Source: an uncultured Pseudomonadota bacterium
Lineage (GTDB): Bacteria; SAR324; NAC60-12
Length of the DNA: 33,281 nucleotides
Reading direction: 5' to 3'
Assembly (NCBI GenBank): GCA_913020725.1
Contig: CAJWCD010000018.1
Coordinates: forward strand, 1 to 33,281
Shown: one piece after another, positions 28,368-33,281 of the stretch
Layout: the number at the start of each line of letters is the position of its first letter
Position numbering within the stretch: position 1 is the stretch's first letter
Program-made: the position numbers and the translations under genes
Notes under the pieces: generated by a model
What the model saw: only the letters and a program-made list of their open reading frames with translations
What the model was told of the DNA's origin: nothing
The model's database searches: none

Positions 28368-29150
28368 ATGACCCCCAAAGCCCGGAAGCACAAGCAAACC
28401 ATCCTTGGTTTCGCCCTGCTGGGGTTCGGCACGTTGCTTGTGCTGGTCATTGCCCTGATCCCCCGCTTCCTTTCCAAAGCCTATGATCCCCAAACCCTTT
28501 GTCTGCTAGAAGTTCCTCTCCAGACACATGTGCTGATTTTGGTGGATCGTACCGATCCGCTCACCCCCTTGCAATCGGTGATCTTCCGGAAACTCCTGCT
28601 CCGCGAGCGCGCTGCGCTGCGCCCGCACGCCAAGCTCTCTGTCTTCACCGTCACCGACACCACCGGAGTCCTCGAAGATCAACGCTTTTCAATGTGCAGT
28701 CCCGGACACAGAGAGGACGCGAACCTACTCTACGAAAATCCTCAGCAGGTGCAGCGGTTCTTTGAACGACGCTTTGAGGAACCGCTGGATCAGGTCATCC
28801 TTGACCTCACTGGAGCCCAAGTCGCCCCGCAATCTCCCATTTACCAATCGCTTCTGAAAGTCTTGCGTCGCCCGGATTTCACCTGGAGAGTCCCCCAGCG
28901 ACGACTGATCCTGCTCTCCGATCTCATGGAACACACCGCAGCCTTCTCTCACTACAACACCAGCAAGTTCGAGATCATGCTGACCCTAGCACCGTTTCTG
29001 GCACCACTGGATCTTGATCAGGTGGACTTGGAGGTGTACTACCGGGAGTTTCCTTTCAAATTACCGGACAAGGCCCAGAAACACCAAATCTTCTGGGAGG
29101 AGTTGTTCCGGGCCAGCGGCGCGGTGCGGCAACGCTGGCTCACGTTTTGA
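28368..29150 (+). CDS. Membrane-anchored vWA-like domain protein
   Basis: Basic N-terminus and single TM, then ILVDRTD (MIDAS-like), QSPI, RRLILLSDLMEH; two Cys. Confidence 0.72.
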   Translation: MTPKARKHKQTILGFALLGFGTLLVLVIALIPRFLSKAYDPQTLCLLEVPLQTHVLILVDRTDPLTPLQSVIFRKLLLRERAALRPHAKLSVFTVTDTTGVLEDQRFSMCSPGHREDANLLYENPQQVQRFFERRFEEPLDQVILDLTGAQVAPQSPIYQSLLKVLRRPDFTWRVPQRRLILLSDLMEHTAAFSHYNTSKFEIMLTLAPFLAPLDLDQVDLEVYYREFPFKLPDKAQKHQIFWEELFRASGAVRQRWLTF

Positions 29151-29243
29151 GCGCGGACTGTTTTTTGTCTCGGAGTTCGCAGCCCCTCTGTGCTAAATTT
29201 GACTTTTCAGCTTTCCACTAAACTTGAACTAAACAGGAGCAAG

Positions 29244-30641
29244 ATGTCAGATTCGTATCGTTTGGAAAAAGACTCGATGGGCGAGGTGCAGGTGCCGCAG
29301 GACGCCCTTTATGGCGCACAAACCCAGCGGGCCGTGAACAACTTCCCCATCAGCGGCGCCCCCATTTCACGTTCCCTCATCCGGGCACTTGGGCAGGTCA
29401 AGTTCGCCGCCGCCAAGGTCAACGTCGGCATGGGTCACATTCCGGAAGATGTGGCCTCGGCGATTCAGGCCACCGCGCAGGAGATCATCGCGGGCAAGCT
29501 CGACCGTCATTTTCCCATCGACATCTACCAGACCGGCTCCGGGACGTCGAGCAACATGAACACCAACGAGGTGGTCGCGCATCGCGCCATGGAACGACAA
29601 CCGGAACTCTCGGTGCAGGTGCATCCCAACGATCATGTCAACTTCGGGCAAAGTTCGAACGACACCTTTCCGACCGCCCTGCGCATTGCAGCCTACACGG
29701 AAGTCCGTGAGCAGTTGCTGCCCGCGCTGCAAACCTTGAAGGACGCCTTTCTCGCCAAAGGCAAGGAATACGCGCATGTGGTCAAAACAGGCCGCACGCA
29801 TCTGATGGACGCAATGCCAGTCACGCTGGAGCAGGAGTTCGGAGGCTATGCTCGACAGCTCACCTTGGGACGCGAACGCATTGAATCTGCGCTGGAAAGG
29901 TTGGCGGAGTTGCCCATGGGCGGAACCGCCGTCGGCACAGGCATCAACACGCATCCGGAGTTTCCCAAAAAATTCGCCACAGAAGTCGCCAAGCTGACGG
30001 GTTGTCCGTTCCGGGAGGCCGAAAACCACTTCGAGGCGCAGGCCACGGTGGACGCTCCGGTAGAGTTGAGCGGGCAGTTGAAGACGGTGGCGGTCGGTTT
30101 GCTGAAGATCGCCAACGATTTGCGCTGGATGAACTCCGGACCCAACGGCGGACTGGGCGAAATCCAACTTGCCGCGCTGCAACCCGGCTCGTCCATCATG
30201 CCCGGCAAGGTCAACCCCGTGATCGAGGAATCCGCCGCGATGGTCTGTGCGCAGGTGATCGGCTACGATGCGGCGGTGAGCGTGGGGGGGCTTTCCGGAA
30301 ACTTTGAGTTGAATGTGATGCTGCCGATGGTTGCGCACAGCCTACTCGAATCCATCCGCTTGCTGGCGAACACCTGCAGCAACTGGGCGGAACGCTCGGT
30401 TTCAAGAATTGTCGTGCGCGAAGACCACATCCGCTCCCTGATTGGCAAGAATCCGATCCTTGTGACTGCGCTCAATCCGCTGATCGGTTACGACCTCGCC
30501 GCGAAAATCGCCAAAAAAGCCTTTGCCGAAAACCGGGCGCTCAAGGAAGTGGCGCTGGAAATGTGCGACCTCAATTCCAAAGAATTGGACAAGGCGCTGG
30601 ACCCTGCCAAAATGACCAAAGGCGGGTTCACGGAATCGTGA
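29244..30641 (+). CDS. fumC: Fumarate hydratase class II
   Basis: EKDSMGEV, QTGSGTSSNMN, HPNDHVN, KTGRTHLMDA, GSSIMPGKVNP; AGGAG RBS. Confidence 0.95.
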   Translation: MSDSYRLEKDSMGEVQVPQDALYGAQTQRAVNNFPISGAPISRSLIRALGQVKFAAAKVNVGMGHIPEDVASAIQATAQEIIAGKLDRHFPIDIYQTGSGTSSNMNTNEVVAHRAMERQPELSVQVHPNDHVNFGQSSNDTFPTALRIAAYTEVREQLLPALQTLKDAFLAKGKEYAHVVKTGRTHLMDAMPVTLEQEFGGYARQLTLGRERIESALERLAELPMGGTAVGTGINTHPEFPKKFATEVAKLTGCPFREAENHFEAQATVDAPVELSGQLKTVAVGLLKIANDLRWMNSGPNGGLGEIQLAALQPGSSIMPGKVNPVIEESAAMVCAQVIGYDAAVSVGGLSGNFELNVMLPMVAHSLLESIRLLANTCSNWAERSVSRIVVREDHIRSLIGKNPILVTALNPLIGYDLAAKIAKKAFAENRALKEVALEMCDLNSKELDKALDPAKMTKGGFTES

Positions 30642-31314
30642 GTTCCCGCACCTGCTGCCGGGCTTGTTCGGCTTGCTCGGCAGGGGTTGGCCCGACGGCG
30701 CGTTGAAATCCGGACGCGGCTTCAAACCACCAACGTTCAAGGTGGATCAAGGTGTGGGGGCTGCCCCCCTGAAAATGCACCCACATGCCATAGCCCGGCG
30801 GAATCCGGGCGGCGCCTTGCAACGGGGGAGACACCAACAGCACCGACACCACTCCGGCGGCTTCCGGATTCCAGTACTCGATCCCCAACGTCACCTGCTC
30901 CAAAACCCAGCGCTCCGTCCGGTTCACCACCCACACCTGCACCCCCTCCCCATCCATCCACCCCAGCTTTCCGGTCAACCGTCCGAGGTCTTTTTTGGAA
31001 AGCGTGGTTTCCTCCAAAACTTTCTCCTGTCGTGAGACGATTGGAGCCTCCGTGTTGAACTTGGCCTGACACGCTTCGATGATCGCTTGTGCCGCCACGT
31101 CACTTGCCGTGTTGCGCAAATTCTTGAGGATGCAATCCTCGTAAGACGTGGGCGTGGTGCGAATCAAACGATCTATTTGTGGAAGTAGGGAGAACTGGGC
31201 AAGCACGGGCTTTGCCAGCAAAAAAAAACCTGTGGTGAGCGTGATTGTGAGGAGGATCGAGAACGGAATCGAGGAGAAGAGCGGAGGAAGCAGAAGGTCC
31301 GTTTTTGGATCAAT
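30628..31314 (-). CDS. Probable exported hypothetical protein with a Cys-pair helical motif; start codon uncertain
   Basis: Signal-peptide-like segment (FSILLTITLTTGFFLLAKPVLA|Q), then SYEDCILKNL...AAQAIIEACQAKF; no ATG near the signal. Confidence 0.5.
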   Translation of the reverse strand: MDPKTDLLLPPLFSSIPFSILLTITLTTGFFLLAKPVLAQFSLLPQIDRLIRTTPTSYEDCILKNLRNTASDVAAQAIIEACQAKFNTEAPIVSRQEKVLEETTLSKKDLGRLTGKLGWMDGEGVQVWVVNRTERWVLEQVTLGIEYWNPEAAGVVSVLLVSPPLQGAARIPPGYGMWVHFQGGSPHTLIHLERWWFEAASGFQRAVGPTPAEQAEQARQQVRELTIP

Positions 31315-31558
31315 TTGCCAGCGCTTCCGTGTAAAACTTTTTTCCGTGAGAACGCTCCTGCGCGTAACCAAGCTGCTGCATGACCTGATCCACCGTAGGC
31401 AGCGAGAGGGCTTGTTTGGTGGGGGTTTGCAAGGAGACGTGGTGGCAATCCAATTGGGCAAGGCGGTCCCGAATCGCCAGCGCCAGCAGGTTGGGGTTGC
31501 AGTGGTCCGGAAACTGCCGACGGGTTTGGAGGATCTCATTCAAAAAGGGGTGTGTCAT
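31310..31558 (-). CDS. Hypothetical protein (82 aa)
   Basis: AGGA RBS before ATG 31558; MTHPFLNEILQ...; protein-like composition. Confidence 0.55.
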   Translation of the reverse strand: MTHPFLNEILQTRRQFPDHCNPNLLALAIRDRLAQLDCHHVSLQTPTKQALSLPTVDQVMQQLGYAQERSHGKKFYTEALAN

Positions 31559-31612
31559 CTCTTTTCCTGTTGCTAATCTCAACGATACTGCCAACGGTGA
31601 CAAGCTGCACTT

Positions 31613-31874
31613 TTCACCACGGGCCACGGAGAACACAGAGAAAAAAAGGATAGAAAAAACAGGTCTCTGTGTCCTTCGTGTCTCGGTGGTGAATCCAAAA
31701 GCAAAAGCGCAGTTTATGCCCGTGTGTAGTGCATGCAATGCAAGTCCACGGCCTGATTGTCCCACAACGAGGCCACGCGGGGCTTCGCGCCCTTCGCGGC
31801 TGAAAAAAAGCATGAGCCACGGATTGTACGGATAAAAGAGGAACCACCCACGCCCTTCCGTGAAAACCCGTGGC
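31613..31874. repeat. Cluster of REP-like imperfect inverted repeats
   Basis: TTCACCACGGGCCACGGAGAACACAGAGA / TCTCTGTGTCCTTCGTGTCTCGGTGGTGAA (31613-31693); CTTCGCGCCCTTCGCGGC (~31783-31800); GCCACGGATTGTACGG / CCGTGAAAACCCGTGGC (31816-31874). Confidence 0.75.
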
Positions 31875-31949
31875 AAAAACCCTTGCCCTGCCCTGCGGAG
31901 AGTGGTAGAGTCGGCAAACCATCTTTCCCGCTCCCATCCACGGAGGCAC

Positions 31950-32168
31950 ATGCGCAGACATTCTCCACTCCACCACACGACTTGGCTGGTTCCACTGGCC
32001 CTACTGGCCCTTTTCCTCTTTCTCTTCACACCACCGCTCTGCGCCGCCGAGCGCGGGGTCAAGCGTGCTGAGACTTCCGACACTGCAAACCGCCACGCAC
32101 TGGTGATCGGCATGGAGTTTGACAAGAAAAAGCCCAATCTGTGCGGTTTTGAATGCGAAACCGGATGA
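31950..32168 (+). pseudogene. 5' remnant of a secreted caspase-like (peptidase C14) protein
   Basis: GGAGG RBS, signal peptide (WLVPLALLALFLFLFTPPLCA), then ERGVK...NRHALVIG, the first strand of C14 domains; similarity ends near 32112. Confidence 0.55.
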
Positions 32169-32223
32169 ATCCTGCCAGCACATGCGAGAGCAAGCGAACT
32201 GCGGTTCAACTTGGGAGGAAACC

Positions 32224-32730
32224 ATGAAATCCACGGATGCCCTCCGCATCGCCTCTGACGTGGGTGGCACCTTCACCGACTCACTGGCCTACGATGAGGA
32301 ACGCGGTATTTTTCAAGTCAGCAAGGTGCCCACCACACCGGAAGATCTCGCGGTGGGCACGGTGCAGGGCATGTGTGACGTATTGGCCGCGTTAGGAAAA
32401 TCCGGGCGCGAAGTGAGTTACGTTGGCCACGGCATGACCACCGCAACCAACGCGGTCATTCAGCGCAAGGGGGCCAAAACCGCCTTTGTGGGCAATCAGG
32501 GGTTTCGTGATCTGCTGGAGATTGGCCGACAAGAACGCCCCAAGCTCTACGATTACCGTGTTTCCCGCACCCCGCCGCTGGCCCGGCGTGCTGACCGCTA
32601 CACAGTCAGGGGTCGATTGGACTACACTGGCACAGAATTGGAGCCGCTGGACCTTGCGGAAATTGAGGCCGTGGCCGAAAAAATCCGCGATAGCGGAGCC
32701 GAAGCGGTTGCCGTTTGTCTGCTGCATTCC
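32224..32730 (+). CDS. Hydantoinase/oxoprolinase family protein (HyuA-like), 3'-truncated
   Basis: DVGGTFTD, KVPTTP, HGMTTATNA, GFRDLLEIGRQ, AVAVCLLHS, then abrupt loss of family sequence. Confidence 0.9.
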
Positions 32731-33078
32731 ACTTGCGAATCATCTCTTTGGGATTTTCAAAGTTGAGATAGGTCGGTTGTTCGTTGGCAGCGACACGTGT
32801 GGCCATTCCGGCGATCCGCCAGCCGTCGGTTTGTTGCCGTAATACCCAGATAATGTCAAACAACTGGGTTAGACCGTCCGGAGTTGTCTCACTCCATTGA
32901 CTGTTTACATAGGCGCCCCCGGAGACCATTTCCAATTCGCCTACACTGAATTGGGCCGATGGAGACCCGGGACTGCGGACGACCAAATCATGTTTCGCTG
33001 TCTCCGTTCGTGCTTTGGCGGTTAATAATCCAGTGACCTGCTCGTCATTGCCCTCTTGTAATGCCGTTAGAAAAAACT
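32731..33078 (-). CDS. Internal fragment of an unrelated hypothetical protein (NTF2-like; resembles planctomycete proteins)
   Basis: FLTALQEGN...LLT..AR...PGSPSAQFSVG...IIWVLRQQTDGWRIAGMAT...LNFENP; both ends coincide with sequence discontinuities. Confidence 0.55.
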
Positions 33079-33281
33079 GGATCAAAAACATACCTTTAAT
33101 TGAAAGAGAGTCCGAATTTAATAAGTCCTATACCGTTGAAAGATTGTATGAAGAGGATATCCAGAAAATGTAAGCGATTATTTTTCTATACATTTCATTT
33201 AATTGTCGAAAGTAAAAAACAAAATGCGTCAAAAATATTTGCTTTATCCAAATATGAAATAGATGATATTACATCAATACT

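Noticed and set aside
26938..29150. Zorya ZorAB or MotAB assignment
   Set aside because: The B protein has no TM Asp and no OmpA-like domain, and no zorC/D/E genes are nearby; the similarity is architectural only
29367..30338. Long antisense ORFs over fumC, and similarly over lhgO, the ACAD gene, eno, the MFS gene and the 4-TM gene
   Set aside because: Typical stop-poor shadow frames of GC-rich genes, with no motifs of their own
31559..32209. 5' extension of the 299-aa minus-strand ORF 31310-32209
   Set aside because: It runs through the repeat cluster and antisense to the caspase-like remnant; only the last 82 codons have an RBS and a protein-like sequence
33080..33083. GATC at the junction, suggesting a restriction-ligation chimera
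   Set aside because: A 4-mer is common by chance, and the 32730 junction has no such site

Overview
A 33.3 kb, mostly GC-rich bacterial window with Gram-negative gene content. A marine SAR324/deltaproteobacterium-like source is plausible but is only my impression. Left end (1-~1550): edge of an integrated element, with a lone terminase-small-subunit-like gene, an AT-rich ORFan, integrase arm-type-like repeats and a tRNA-Thr-like 3' fragment embedded in a decayed PIN/VapC gene. Core (1.6-31.6 kb): an O-methyltransferase-lhgO-PAP2-PAP2-AsmA/YhdP cluster; a BtpA/SgcQ-like gene with an atypical APRT; an SDR with an acyl-CoA dehydrogenase; MFS and TauE transporters; doeB with an internally deleted doeD; a bifunctional aldolase/SDR; ribokinase; enolase; an isolated acidic-FliN/FliM-like pair; glutamate-cysteine ligase; an M50 protease; an uncharacterised pair of a 4-TM coiled-coil protein and a membrane-anchored vWA-like protein; and fumC. 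Right end: a cluster of REP-like hairpins, a truncated caspase-like gene, and a hydantoinase/oxoprolinase gene cut off near 32730 by unrelated sequence, probably an assembly or amplification chimera. I saw no CRISPR array, rRNA or intact tRNA. All family calls come from motif recognition by eye, not database searches.
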